Of a stretch of 50,765 bases of DNA, positions 17,007-26,804 are shown one piece after another. This DNA comes from a virus (taxonomy: Duplodnaviria; Caudoviricetes), in IMG/VR virus record IMGVR_UViG_3300048589_000316, positions 1-50,765 of that record; one strand, written 5' to 3'. The notes beneath the pieces were generated by a model. That model searched no databases. It was given only the letters and a program-made list of their open reading frames with translations, and was not told the origin of the DNA. Both the position numbers and the translations under genes were made by a program. Position 1 is the first letter of the stretch, and the number at the start of each line of letters is the position of its first letter.

Positions 17007-17225
17007 TCAATGAATTATTACTTTTCCACGATTATTCAATTCTTCCTTGTGGTATAATGGCGCTTTATCCCAATTCACTTCGCCTTTTGAATTGCACCGT
17101 ATATAAACTTCACCTTTAAGCATTGACTTCATCAATGGTGTGGTTCTATTTGTAACTAAAGGATCAAACCCCCAATTATGCCACAACTCCTGTCTAGTTG
17201 TCTTTTTAACGTTCAATGTTTTCAT
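17007..17225 (-). CDS. Hypothetical protein
   Basis: 72-aa ORF. Confidence 0.55.
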   Translation of the reverse strand: MKTLNVKKTTRQELWHNWGFDPLVTNRTTPLMKSMLKGEVYIRCNSKGEVNWDKAPLYHKEELNNRGKVIIH

Positions 17226-17344
17226 AGTTTTTATTTAAAGCATTTTCAGCTTGTTTAACGGCTTTTCTTCTTTGTTTGGTGGTAAGTATCCCTAAAACTG
17301 TAGTAAACAGCATAAGGGATACAAATAGTATCAAATTTAACACG

Positions 17345-18625
17345 TTACAAGTATCTGTTATGTGTAGAGTTCATGTAATTCAACAACTTGTCGAAAATAG
17401 CATCTTCAAACTCTCTTGATTCATCTACACAACCAGAATCTAAATGCATGGCTTCATGCATGATTACTTTTGCCATTGTAAACTTTCCTTTTTCAAATAA
17501 CTTTCTTGAAAGAAATATCGTTTTTTTCTCTGCTAAACCTAATGTTCTTTCACTATTGAAATCACAAAATACAATTGGGTGATCTATTGGATAATCACAT
17601 GAACTAAGATGATCCAAAATTTCTTCCAAATAATTTATCTGCGAGTCATTTGGCTCAAAAACTCTATACTTTATATATGATCCTGACATATTTTTTAAGG
17701 CGTTGTAAGACTCTCCAAATTGTGCTAATATCTGATTATAAACACTTGATGGCACCAAATAGGTTTTGTTCTTAATATTATTCTCTACCCATCCACCCAA
17801 TTCTATAGGTGCTACAAAATGACCATCCAACACTTTCTTCCAAGTGTCACTGAAAATATGTGTCTCAAACCCAAAACCATCACTTTCAATACTGTTGTTG
17901 TTTACAACTAATCTTAAATACCTTTGAATTATTTCAGGAACATCACACGAACAAAGCAATCTGTAAATAGCATCCCTCAATCCAAGGGAACTTGAATAAA
18001 TCCTAGACTCCGATATTTGAAGGCTATTGAAATTGTAACTAAATAAAAAAGCGCCGACTTCTTCATCAGTCATACATCTTATTCCTTTTCTGTAAACAAT
18101 AGTTTTTTCTGGATCATCAAGATAAATACATCCAGAATTACGTTTGTATGCCCAGGGCTTTTCAACAACAAAATAGTCCTCAATGTTATCGAGAAAATCT
18201 TTCATCGTTTCTGTTCCATTGTCTTTTACAGCAATTGTGGTTACACCTCTTACTAACTCGTATTTTTCGGCTCTATATATCCTTTCACCACCTTCATCGA
18301 TTGCATTTGAGTACAACTCTCTAATTGATTGCCAAAACGTCCACTCTGGACCAGTTTCAGTGGTTATACTTGTCTCCTTACCATTAAAGCAAATAACTTT
18401 AAAAGTTTTCTCTTTAAAAGTTTTCTCAACAGTAGAAATGATAATTTCTTCATGACCTCTAAAGATCCTAACTTTATATCCGTTCCTGATAAGATATGCA
18501 ATCGCATATTTATTTCCAGATCCGAACATACCGATCTTGTTTTTTTCATCCCTTTTTGTGGATGCCCCTAACAAGGTAAATGCTTCAACGTCTACAAGAC
18601 CGTTGTTTTTAATAACTGTGATCAT
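17345..18625 (-). CDS. GHKL-type ATPase fused to a zincin-like HExxH domain
   Basis: GASTK..IGMFGSG, RELYSNAIDE and C-terminal HEAMH. Confidence 0.7.
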   Translation of the reverse strand: MITVIKNNGLVDVEAFTLLGASTKRDEKNKIGMFGSGNKYAIAYLIRNGYKVRIFRGHEEIIISTVEKTFKEKTFKVICFNGKETSITTETGPEWTFWQSIRELYSNAIDEGGERIYRAEKYELVRGVTTIAVKDNGTETMKDFLDNIEDYFVVEKPWAYKRNSGCIYLDDPEKTIVYRKGIRCMTDEEVGAFLFSYNFNSLQISESRIYSSSLGLRDAIYRLLCSCDVPEIIQRYLRLVVNNNSIESDGFGFETHIFSDTWKKVLDGHFVAPIELGGWVENNIKNKTYLVPSSVYNQILAQFGESYNALKNMSGSYIKYRVFEPNDSQINYLEEILDHLSSCDYPIDHPIVFCDFNSERTLGLAEKKTIFLSRKLFEKGKFTMAKVIMHEAMHLDSGCVDESREFEDAIFDKLLNYMNSTHNRYL

Positions 18626-18636
18626 AATATAAATGT

Positions 18637-18855
18637 TTAATTGTTAAAATACTTTTCTATTGCTAACCTTTTGATTTCTTCAATGTGATCATCTAATAAA
18701 GCTAAAATATTGTCGCCACCATTAGCAAACACACATTCTACATCAAATTCTGGACTCGATCCAATATAGTCCATAGTTCTCGGCTCTCCTTTTGACACAA
18801 ATCCATATACTTGAAGAATTACGTCATACAATGTAATTTCGACTACAGTAATCAT
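18637..18855 (-). CDS. Hypothetical protein
   Basis: 72-aa ORF. Confidence 0.6.
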   Translation of the reverse strand: MITVVEITLYDVILQVYGFVSKGEPRTMDYIGSSPEFDVECVFANGGDNILALLDDHIEEIKRLAIEKYFNN

Positions 18856-19109
18856 TTTGCAGAGAATGTTATGATGTACTTACCCCTGATTCCGAAAACT
18901 GTTTTATTCAGTCCTGATTCAAAAGCCCTTACAAAATGTTTTTCCATGTATTTTTCACCGAACTTTTCAGCATATTTACCGGCACCGATCAAACGGTCAA
19001 AAGAAGTAGATTCTTCATCGTAGTACCTCCATCTGATTACAAAGTTTTTATTGATCTCTGTAATGGTAGGAATCGACGTTTTCATTCTAAGTGATGTTAA
19101 AGTTTCCAT
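18852..19109 (-). CDS. Hypothetical protein
   Basis: First gene after a repeated early promoter. Confidence 0.6.
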   Translation of the reverse strand: METLTSLRMKTSIPTITEINKNFVIRWRYYDEESTSFDRLIGAGKYAEKFGEKYMEKHFVRAFESGLNKTVFGIRGKYIITFSAK

Positions 19110-19165
19110 TGTGATGTGATTTAAATGTTTACTGTAAAGATAGTATAAATATTTATATATCCTAG
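19110..19165 (-). promoter_or_regulatory. Early-type promoter, operator and leader copy
   Basis: TATAAATATTTATA at 19144-19157, TATCTTTA, AAACATTTAAATCACATCAC leader. Confidence 0.75.
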
Positions 19166-19172
19166 AAATATT

Positions 19173-19715
19173 TTAATTTTTTTTAAGTCGATCTAAACTA
19201 AACCCTTTTTCCTTTGCCCATTCTGGATTTTCTTCTATTTCTCTATGACCTTCATGTGATACAGGAAGAAACCACCTTACATCTAACCAAAGTGGAATAT
19301 CGTTATCCCTAGCCCAATCATCTGCATATCCTATCTTTCCCATCATATGATGAACTTGGGTTGCAATTGATCCTTTTACCCTACAATACTTGTTTTCTGG
19401 TTTACTAAGAAATTCCTTTCTTAATGTAGAATATTTATTAAGCACTTTGGAGTGTTTCTTTGATTGCTTGTTAATTTTATACGTCTTGCTTTTTGATGCC
19501 TGTTTACCGTCAATCCTATGGCAGTTATTAGAGCAATACGGTTGTGTGCTTAGAAGTGGCCTAAACTCGTTTTCGCATCCTGATCTCCGACATACTTTTA
19601 AACCATCCTTTTGGTTTGCTTCATTATAGCACCTTTGGCTACAGTATGGAACTAATGGATTCTTTTTAATAAATTCCTTTTTGCATTGTGGATTTTTGCA
19701 CTTTGATTTTTTCAT
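19173..19715 (-). CDS. Zn-finger repeat plus HNH-like nuclease (NinG-like)
   Basis: Two C....C...F......YCS..C repeats; ATQVHH and H.GH.EIE motifs. Confidence 0.65.
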   Translation of the reverse strand: MKKSKCKNPQCKKEFIKKNPLVPYCSQRCYNEANQKDGLKVCRRSGCENEFRPLLSTQPYCSNNCHRIDGKQASKSKTYKINKQSKKHSKVLNKYSTLRKEFLSKPENKYCRVKGSIATQVHHMMGKIGYADDWARDNDIPLWLDVRWFLPVSHEGHREIEENPEWAKEKGFSLDRLKKN

Positions 19716-19724
19716 GTCTATAAA

Positions 19725-19751
19725 TAAAAAAGCCCACCGATTAAAGTGGGC
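19725..19751 (-). terminator. Intrinsic terminator
   Basis: GCCCAC/GTGGGC stem with a T-run. Confidence 0.7.
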
Positions 19752-19764
19752 CGTTAGTTGTTAA

Positions 19765-20250
19765 TTAAGCATCTACGTGCTTTTCTTCTGGCACATCAGC
19801 ATCTTCTTCTGTAAAGGCCATTGTCAATTGAGCCCTTTTTCCTTCATCAAGATACAACCTTACTTCTTCTTCCAACGCTGCCCAGGCTGATTCACATTCA
19901 TCAGTTTTGGCAAATTCTTCACTGTTCAATGAGATCCTTCCACTATTACGTGCAGTCCTTCCAGACACAGTGTTTTTAACATGGGTAATTATCCATGCTT
20001 CATTAGAAGGAAAGAACGTAATACCAGTAATTTCAATTTCATGTTTTTTAGTGTACCCTTCATCGTATCTCACTACTTCTTCAAAACAATCCATTGCCCT
20101 TCTGAAATCCGGACTAGGCTGATCCTTCTTACTTTTAACAGAATGTTCAGTCCTGATAATTGCACCGTCCCTTTCCTGTAGCATATCAAATACTAATTCA
20201 AGTCCTGCGCTTTTGGTCAACTTGACCTTTCTTAAACTCCTTTCACTCAT
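19765..20250 (-). CDS. Hypothetical protein
   Basis: 161-aa ORF ending YL.EGKRAQL. Confidence 0.65.
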   Translation of the reverse strand: MSERSLRKVKLTKSAGLELVFDMLQERDGAIIRTEHSVKSKKDQPSPDFRRAMDCFEEVVRYDEGYTKKHEIEITGITFFPSNEAWIITHVKNTVSGRTARNSGRISLNSEEFAKTDECESAWAALEEEVRLYLDEGKRAQLTMAFTEEDADVPEEKHVDA

Positions 20251-20257
20251 GATATAT

Positions 20258-20755
20258 TTATTTATGGTTAATACTCAAAATCTGTGATTGTGTAAAGTCG
20301 TTAACTTTCAGCATTTCATTTGGGTACGGAACTGCCCAATCCAATTCAACTGCAGCAAATATCACACAATCTTCCATAAACTTCTTGAACATATCAAATG
20401 TAACCTCACTTTCTTGATTGTTCAATCTGTGACCCTCTCGCTTCCACTCGTCTAATTCTGGATCATAAGTTTCCTTAAATAACATTCTTTCTCTTAACAG
20501 ATAATCTACCTCACTTTTTGATAATTGATTTCCATGGTAGTAAAATGCCTTTTGAAGTTCTGGAACAATAACGCTAAAGTAATACTTTCTCTGCTGATGG
20601 GTAAATGATCCACCTCTTTTTGTTATGGTAATTTCAATATTTTGATTTTTGAATGTAGAGATCCGCTTGACAAATTGTGGCCTATTATAAATAAACATAG
20701 TACCATTGTCTGTAATTTTTCCAAACTCACTTGCTACAATCTGATCGTTACTCAT
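20258..20755 (-). CDS. NinB/Orf-like recombination protein
   Basis: THQQRKYYF.VIV motif; located in the recombination module. Confidence 0.55.
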   Translation of the reverse strand: MSNDQIVASEFGKITDNGTMFIYNRPQFVKRISTFKNQNIEITITKRGGSFTHQQRKYYFSVIVPELQKAFYYHGNQLSKSEVDYLLRERMLFKETYDPELDEWKREGHRLNNQESEVTFDMFKKFMEDCVIFAAVELDWAVPYPNEMLKVNDFTQSQILSINHK

Positions 20756-21281
20756 AACTAAACAATGTTTTCGTTTCCTGATTGATCACGTTTTCAATTA
20801 CCCAATCTGGTCTGGTTAAAATTTGTTGAAAACCCCACCATGCAATACAACATGCATCACCAGTTTTAAGATTTATGTTTTTAGATCCAAACCGACTAAT
20901 GGCAAATTCCTTCCAACAATTCTTTTGATTTTTATACTTCTTAGGATCATACCCCAATAACTTTATATCCTTCTGCCATGTTCTACTAGGAACCTCGATT
21001 ATAGGCATTCTCATGATACGAAAACAAGTTATCAGGGAATTGTAGTTAGCCAACATTTTTGCAATTCTAAACGCCTTGCCGGGATGGGCATCAGCATCTG
21101 AACTCCAAACCCCAACCTTTTCAATAAACACTACAAACATTCCATATGTACGTTTCATTTCATGTGCAAAAACATGGACTTCTTCTGGTTTATCTGGCAT
21201 CTTAATAATAATGGTCTTACCATTGATCAGAAAACATATACCTCCACCCTTTCCACTATCGATACCCATTTGACCTATCAT
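20748..21281 (-). CDS. RuvC-like Holliday junction resolvase
   Basis: GIDSGKGGG, VFIEKV, P...WQK and DACCIA motifs. Confidence 0.8.
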   Translation of the reverse strand: MIGQMGIDSGKGGGICFLINGKTIIIKMPDKPEEVHVFAHEMKRTYGMFVVFIEKVGVWSSDADAHPGKAFRIAKMLANYNSLITCFRIMRMPIIEVPSRTWQKDIKLLGYDPKKYKNQKNCWKEFAISRFGSKNINLKTGDACCIAWWGFQQILTRPDWVIENVINQETKTLFSYE

Positions 21282-21463
21282 GATATACTTGCTTTAAGAT
21301 CCGTCAAAATTTTCTTTACTTCCTGAATACAGTCTTGCAATTCAACATGCTCTTTAATATATCCATTTACTTTTAGGACAATACTCATGCTCTTTATTTC
21401 TAACAACAATTTTTCAATCCTTTTAATCTTTCTTTTTACAAAGTACTTTTTAATGAAGTTCAT
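21278..21463 (-). CDS. Hypothetical protein
   Basis: 61-aa coupled ORF. Confidence 0.5.
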   Translation of the reverse strand: MNFIKKYFVKRKIKRIEKLLLEIKSMSIVLKVNGYIKEHVELQDCIQEVKKILTDLKASIS

Positions 21464-21570
21464 TTTGTTTTGTTTTTATACCACCTATCGATAGCGTTAA
21501 TAATCCATTTCGTAGGTATAATGCAAATCAAGCATACAACTACTAATAATATAAAAAAGAAATATTCCAT
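21460..21570 (-). CDS. Small membrane peptide (36 aa)
   Basis: MEYFFFILLVVVCLICIIP...; ATGA-coupled. Confidence 0.45.
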   Translation of the reverse strand: MEYFFFILLVVVCLICIIPTKWIINAIDRWYKNKTK

Positions 21571-21581
21571 AACTCTATAAT

Positions 21582-22973
21582 TTAAAAAGGCAAATCATCC
21601 TTATCTTCTGAAACCTCAACAAATTCTGTACTATCAAGATCCAGAAACCTAGTGCAATATTCCTGAAATTTCATCCTGTTTCTAACCAATCCACCATTTC
21701 TGTTTTTTGAAACAATGTATTCCGCTTCCCCTCGGCATGATACTTTGTCATAATCATCCCACTCTTTCAATCCATAATATTCAGGTCTGTAAATAAAGAC
21801 TACCATATCTGCATCCTGTTCAATGGCTCCCGACTCTCTAAGATCTGAAAGAATAGGTCTCTTGCTTCCACCTCTAGTTTCAACACTCCTAGATAATTGA
21901 GATAAGGCAATTACAGGAATATCCAACTCAATCGCCAACTTCTTCAAACCTCTTGATATATTGGCAATTTCCTGCTCCCTATTCTTTTCGTCTCCACTCA
22001 TTAATTGGAGGTAGTCAATAATTATGATCCCTATTTTATATTCCTTATACATGGACATTGCTTTCATTCTGACCTTCTCTATTGATGAACTATGATCATC
22101 ATCAATATAAATTTTGAGATCCAGAATCTCTTGCTTGTGTTGCTCCACAATAGTCAATGAATTATTATCAAGGCCATGGGAAATAAACTTGTTTCCGTTA
22201 ACCCCTGATGCACTAGAGATAACCCTAGATGCTAACTGTTTCTTTGTCATTTCAAGACTAAAGATAAGTGCCGGCTTTCCGATACTTGAACTTTTCTTTG
22301 CACAAGCTAAAGCAAATGCAGTTTTACCCATACCTGGCCTTGCTGCTAAAACTATAAATTCTCCACCTCTCCAACCTCCTGATTTCTTAGTTAGATTTTC
22401 AATTGGCGTTGCTATTCCTGCTTCAATAGTTCCATCATGGATCTTCCTTCCTTTTTCGACAACATCATCGTACAACTCGCCTATTCTTACAGGATCGTTA
22501 TTTGATGTGAATTTATTGATCTTGTTTAATTCCTTGTACGTACTCTCGATACTCTCAAATATATTCTTGGAATCATCATAACCATTTTCAATTACTAAAT
22601 TACCCAATTTGATCAACTCCCTTGCAAGGAATTTCTGGTAAACTATTTCTGCATGATAAAGCACATGGGCAGAAGATGTTATTTTTTGGGTCAAGGTAAT
22701 TAAATGGTATTGACCTCCTACATTTTCCAATTGCTTACTATTGATCAATTCCTGCGATACTGTCAACAGGTCCACTGAATCACCTCTGGAAGTCAAATGG
22801 GCAATTGCTTCAAAAATCTTTTGATTGGCATCGAGGTAAAAACATTCTTTTTTAAGGAATGAAGAAACTTTCTCATAGCTGTCCGAATACACCAACAAAG
22901 CCCCGATTATAGCATTTTCTAAATCGGTGGCCTGTGGTGGTATTTTACCTGTTACAGTTGATTTCTGATTCAT
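21582..22973 (-). CDS. dnaB: Replicative DNA helicase
   Basis: AARPGMGKT, FSLEM, IDYLQL, LSQLSR, DLRESGAIEQDAD, KNRNG. Confidence 0.97.
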   Translation of the reverse strand: MNQKSTVTGKIPPQATDLENAIIGALLVYSDSYEKVSSFLKKECFYLDANQKIFEAIAHLTSRGDSVDLLTVSQELINSKQLENVGGQYHLITLTQKITSSAHVLYHAEIVYQKFLARELIKLGNLVIENGYDDSKNIFESIESTYKELNKINKFTSNNDPVRIGELYDDVVEKGRKIHDGTIEAGIATPIENLTKKSGGWRGGEFIVLAARPGMGKTAFALACAKKSSSIGKPALIFSLEMTKKQLASRVISSASGVNGNKFISHGLDNNSLTIVEQHKQEILDLKIYIDDDHSSSIEKVRMKAMSMYKEYKIGIIIIDYLQLMSGDEKNREQEIANISRGLKKLAIELDIPVIALSQLSRSVETRGGSKRPILSDLRESGAIEQDADMVVFIYRPEYYGLKEWDDYDKVSCRGEAEYIVSKNRNGGLVRNRMKFQEYCTRFLDLDSTEFVEVSEDKDDLPF

Positions 22974-22974
22974 T

Positions 22975-23613
22975 CTAACCTATTGGTATGTTATTGTTCA
23001 TTTCGCTTGCTGATCCTGCATCAACTTTGGTTCGATCCTTTGACATTCTAATAAAGTTAGCCAACCTTCTTTTCATATCAAAGTACTTCATGGATTCAAA
23101 CCTTAACCCATTTTCTGGTTTATCTGTGCTTTCTTCTGTCCAATAGGAAACAAAATCATTAAATAAATCAATAGTCAAACTACTTTTATACTTAGGATCA
23201 AGTTTCAATTCTGCAGCGATTATTTTTGCACTGTTCTTAAATCTGATCATTGTGCCATTATTTACAGCTCTAATTTCCTCAATAGACTTTTTGGGTTTTG
23301 TTGTTTTGGTTTTTTCAACAATTACTTTTTTTGGCAGATCTTGATTACTAGGATTGTCGTTTAAAACAAATTCTTCTTTCAGTTTGTGGTACTTGACATA
23401 TCCATACTTGGTTAACTCCTTGATCGCTGTTTTAACGCTCTGAGTGCCACAATTATTATCTTTGGATATTTGGGTCAAAGTAAACCCACTCATATCAAGG
23501 TGTGAAGCTAAATAAAGGAAAACTCCCTTACTTGAATGTGATAACCTTGGATCTCTTGCAAGGGTTTTGTGAATAGTCACACTAACCCCTTCTTTTTTTG
23601 TGATGATATACAT
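22975..23613 (-). CDS. Replication initiator (wHTH)
   Basis: DPRLS..SKG...L and AIKEL..YGY; C-terminal F..YWTE; upstream of dnaB. Confidence 0.7.
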   Translation of the reverse strand: MYIITKKEGVSVTIHKTLARDPRLSHSSKGVFLYLASHLDMSGFTLTQISKDNNCGTQSVKTAIKELTKYGYVKYHKLKEEFVLNDNPSNQDLPKKVIVEKTKTTKPKKSIEEIRAVNNGTMIRFKNSAKIIAAELKLDPKYKSSLTIDLFNDFVSYWTEESTDKPENGLRFESMKYFDMKRRLANFIRMSKDRTKVDAGSASEMNNNIPIG

Positions 23614-23634
23614 AAATGTTTGTTTTTTTTAAAG

Positions 23635-23847
23635 TTAACAATTTTGTTGGATATTCCTGTCTAATTGACGGTTTTTCAGAACACTAACAATCCATTGCTT
23701 CAAAGGTTCTCCACTTCCCATTACCTTATGGGTTATCCAGAACTCGCCACTTTTATCAGCATTAATTTCATAATCGTTACCATCTTGACAAGTTCCTAAT
23801 GACTCGATCAAGTGCTTTGCTATATCATTAAATTCTTCTTCATCCAT
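23635..23847 (-). CDS. Hypothetical protein
   Basis: 70-aa ORF. Confidence 0.5.
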   Translation of the reverse strand: MDEEEFNDIAKHLIESLGTCQDGNDYEINADKSGEFWITHKVMGSGEPLKQWIVSVLKNRQLDRNIQQNC

Positions 23848-23852
23848 AACTA

Positions 23853-24731
23853 CTAAATTTTAGGTTTATACCATCCTGTTCTTTGAACTGATTCGTAAGG
23901 AGTCATAAACCTCCAAAATGAATGACTCTGGTGCCATAGGTTATGATCAATACAATATTTAAAAGCCTGTAATACTTGAAGATAAAACCGCTTAAATTCA
24001 TGCAACAAACTTGGATCACATCTGAACTTATTTATTCCGAATGGTTCACTTGTTTCAACAACTAGCCAATAGTAATCAGGATAAACAAATTTAGTTCTTT
24101 CAATTGCCAATGTATAACCTCCTGCCTGTAGGCCATAGTCAAAATTCCATATTGATTTTTGAAACTTGGATCTTTCAGCACTTTGCGATGTCTTTAAATC
24201 ACATATCCAAGGAACACGATCATAATAATCAGATCTCATATCCAACTTGCTTAAACTCCTTAATCCTGTCTCACGATCCGTCCAATAGATTTCATCCTGC
24301 ACACTTGCCTTACCTTCCAAGAACATCTGAACATCTTCATGGTTTATAGCCCTTTGATACATCTGAAAACAGTTATCGATCTCTTGTGCTGTAACACAAA
24401 GTTTACCAACATTGTCTGCTAGAAATTCAGCTTTCGCCGCCCTTGATCCAGTTCCAGAAAAAACAGGCATTTCTACAATTGTACTATCTACAAGTTCCGG
24501 CTGTAATAACATTAATTCAAAAACATTTCCTGTATCAAATGCTTTACTTGATTTCTTATCACCGATCTTGTATTGAATAAAATCCCATGGACTTGTAACA
24601 AAGTGTTTTAAAGCCGAATAACTCAATCTAGGATTTTCAAGAAATTCAGCAATCATATGCTGATAATCTGGTGCATCTTCCTTTTGGATCTGCTTCAACT
24701 TATCCCATAGAGGTGTTTTACTTTTTACCAT
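23853..24731 (-). CDS. PD-(D/E)XK exonuclease (RecE/DUF3799-like)
   Basis: LSYSALK, KLD...DLKTS and Y.LQA..Y motifs. Confidence 0.85.
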   Translation of the reverse strand: MVKSKTPLWDKLKQIQKEDAPDYQHMIAEFLENPRLSYSALKHFVTSPWDFIQYKIGDKKSSKAFDTGNVFELMLLQPELVDSTIVEMPVFSGTGSRAAKAEFLADNVGKLCVTAQEIDNCFQMYQRAINHEDVQMFLEGKASVQDEIYWTDRETGLRSLSKLDMRSDYYDRVPWICDLKTSQSAERSKFQKSIWNFDYGLQAGGYTLAIERTKFVYPDYYWLVVETSEPFGINKFRCDPSLLHEFKRFYLQVLQAFKYCIDHNLWHQSHSFWRFMTPYESVQRTGWYKPKI

Positions 24732-25488
24732 TTTCTTTCTGTTTTTTAGCTAATACCTTTATTTGCTCCCTTACCAATCTTGAAAACTTCATATTTGGAA
24801 TCCATTCAGTTTGCTGATTTGCCCATTCAACTAGATCAAGCTGATCAGTGAAAGTATATATCGTATTAAATACATCTTCTGGTAGATCAGTTTCTTCCAC
24901 TTGACTTTCAGCTTCTTCCATTCCTTGCATTTCTTCTGCAGGTGTCGGTTCATATCCTGCCGCTTTTATCAAGAACGCAAAACTCATTCTTGCCGCCTTT
25001 CCTATGGCTCTGGTTTGGGCCATTGACAAGATACTATATTCATCAAAAGTATGCTTTGCTGTTTCTTCATTGGAACACATGGCAAAAGCCTGTGACATTA
25101 TAGACTCCTTACCATCTTTGTAAGAAACAAATTGTGCTTCTGCAAAATACTTGTAAAGTTTAGTAGAATGTTTTTTCTCAACTTTCTGTCTATTCACCCA
25201 GGCCATCCATTTAAATTCTACAGGAGCATAACTAGATTCATTTTTATAAGAAACTATCTTTCCTGTCAATCCCAACAATCCTGCAGCGAATTGCCAACCC
25301 TCTACCAAAACATAATCCTTATTCTGGATCACTGTTGAAAGATTTTGGCTCTTTACATAGGTTGCAACTTCCTGTGCAATTTTCACTACTTCCTGCGGAT
25401 CTGTCAAACCGAATTTCTTCATGTCCGATTGAGTTACAATTAACTCTTGTTTCTCCCATGGCTTTAAACTATTTTCTTCCATCTTCAT
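24718..25488 (-). CDS. Putative single-strand annealing protein
   Basis: KDYVLVEGWQ, SMAQTRA and TPAEEM motifs; paired with the exonuclease. Confidence 0.6.
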   Translation of the reverse strand: MKMEENSLKPWEKQELIVTQSDMKKFGLTDPQEVVKIAQEVATYVKSQNLSTVIQNKDYVLVEGWQFAAGLLGLTGKIVSYKNESSYAPVEFKWMAWVNRQKVEKKHSTKLYKYFAEAQFVSYKDGKESIMSQAFAMCSNEETAKHTFDEYSILSMAQTRAIGKAARMSFAFLIKAAGYEPTPAEEMQGMEEAESQVEETDLPEDVFNTIYTFTDQLDLVEWANQQTEWIPNMKFSRLVREQIKVLAKKQKENGKK

Positions 25489-25711
25489 GAATATAAATGA
25501 TTAGTGAATCTAATGACATACCCGACTCTTTGGATAATTTCTTCAATTGAGAAATGGTCTGCATGTTTTTACCGGCACGCCAATTATGAAGTGTTTGGCT
25601 TCCTTTCAAACCCAACATATCTTGGATTTCTTTCAGCGTAGGACGAACGCCTTTCTTCTCTTGGATTTTGGTCATAGCCTGATCCAAGTCAACTCGAACT
25701 TGTTTTACCAT
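25469..25711 (-). CDS. Cro/XRE-like HTH regulator
   Basis: TLKEIQDMLGLKGSQTLHNWRAG; first gene of the early operon. Confidence 0.75.
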   Translation of the reverse strand: MVKQVRVDLDQAMTKIQEKKGVRPTLKEIQDMLGLKGSQTLHNWRAGKNMQTISQLKKLSKESGMSLDSLIIYIHEDGRK

Positions 25712-25775
25712 AATGTTTAGAATTTTGATGTTACTATAAATGTTGACTCCAAATGTATATAAATATATTGATAGA
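25712..25775 (-). promoter_or_regulatory. Early promoter (TACATTTG) with degenerate operator
   Basis: Canonical -7 box at 25750-25757; adjacent TATAAATATATTG. Confidence 0.7.
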
Positions 25776-26158
25776 TAAAAATATATAGATAAAAATATTT
25801 TGACATGATCATAACTAGATACACCCTGCCCTATGCCTTACATATAAGTATTGCCGATAACCAAAGAAAAAAATCAATGGCAGATTAGCCTTTGTTACAG
25901 AAGTGCCTTAACTTCTTTTTTCACAACTATTTTCCTTTCGGTATGTATAGGGCTGTGTTGTTGGCAGGTAGAACATTGCACAGACTTTTTGTTGCGTATA
26001 ACATAAACTGCAAATTAATCTACACTAATAAAGACTTCGCTTGATTAATTCGCCTTAGTTTGAGGTTTTGGATCTTATGTCTTGGAGTAGGTCAAACAGT
26101 GGAAACACCTAACTTGCATCTTAAATTAAGAAGTTCAAATGTAAAATAAAGTTTTGAT

Positions 26159-26190
26159 AAAAAAAAACAGCCCTAAAAGTTTAGGACTGT
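26159..26190 (-). terminator. Intrinsic terminator
   Basis: ACAGCCCTAAA/TTTAGGACTGT stem with a T-run. Confidence 0.7.
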
Positions 26191-26275
26191 AATTTTAATC
26201 TTTCGATCTATGCAATTGTTCCACCGTTTGCCTGACAAATATCGTAATTAATTTTAAACCACCAAAATAATGACA

Positions 26276-26348
26276 TAAAAAAAGCCATGTAACTCCTATC
26301 GTGTACATGGCTTCTAAACATTTATATCACAACATCACTTGTGAAGTA
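26276..26348 (-). ncRNA. Candidate ~70-nt sRNA antisense to the phage leader motif
   Basis: TATCTTTG promoter at 26353-26360; body GTGATGTTGTGATATAAATGTTT; 10-bp terminator stem plus T7. Confidence 0.5.
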
Positions 26349-26387
26349 GCCACAAAGATATTGCTTATTTTGGACTTCCAAAAAAAT

Positions 26388-26804
26388 CTACAACAAAAAT
26401 AAGAATAGTATGATTGCACCAGTTCCTATAGAACCATGAATACCTCCATTGATATAAGCCTTTCTCTTGGCTTTTTTACTATCATTGATCATAAGGTTCA
26501 ACTTACTTATAATTTCCTTCTGTGATGGAACTATAATGTTCCTGTATTGATCTATTTGATTATTCAAGATGATCTCTGCACCTTCATGCTCGACAATGAT
26601 CTTCTGCATGGTTCTGTTTTCTTTTTTTAAGTATTCGACCTCGGCCTTAGTTTTCTGGAAGTTGGAAAATACATTGTTCAAAGAATCCCGATCAACAGAA
26701 ATATTATTGGTTTGACCTGATAAACTCATGCAGAATAGAATCCCGAACACTATTAGGCAATGTTTTAAATTTCTCATTGAGTTCATTAATTTTTGCTTTT
26801 TCAT
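26388..26804 (-). CDS. Putative spanin-like lysis protein
   Basis: Hydrophobic N- and C-terminal segments around a coiled coil; overlaps the upstream membrane gene. Confidence 0.5.
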   Translation of the reverse strand: MKKQKLMNSMRNLKHCLIVFGILFCMSLSGQTNNISVDRDSLNNVFSNFQKTKAEVEYLKKENRTMQKIIVEHEGAEIILNNQIDQYRNIIVPSQKEIISKLNLMINDSKKAKRKAYINGGIHGSIGTGAIILFLFLL

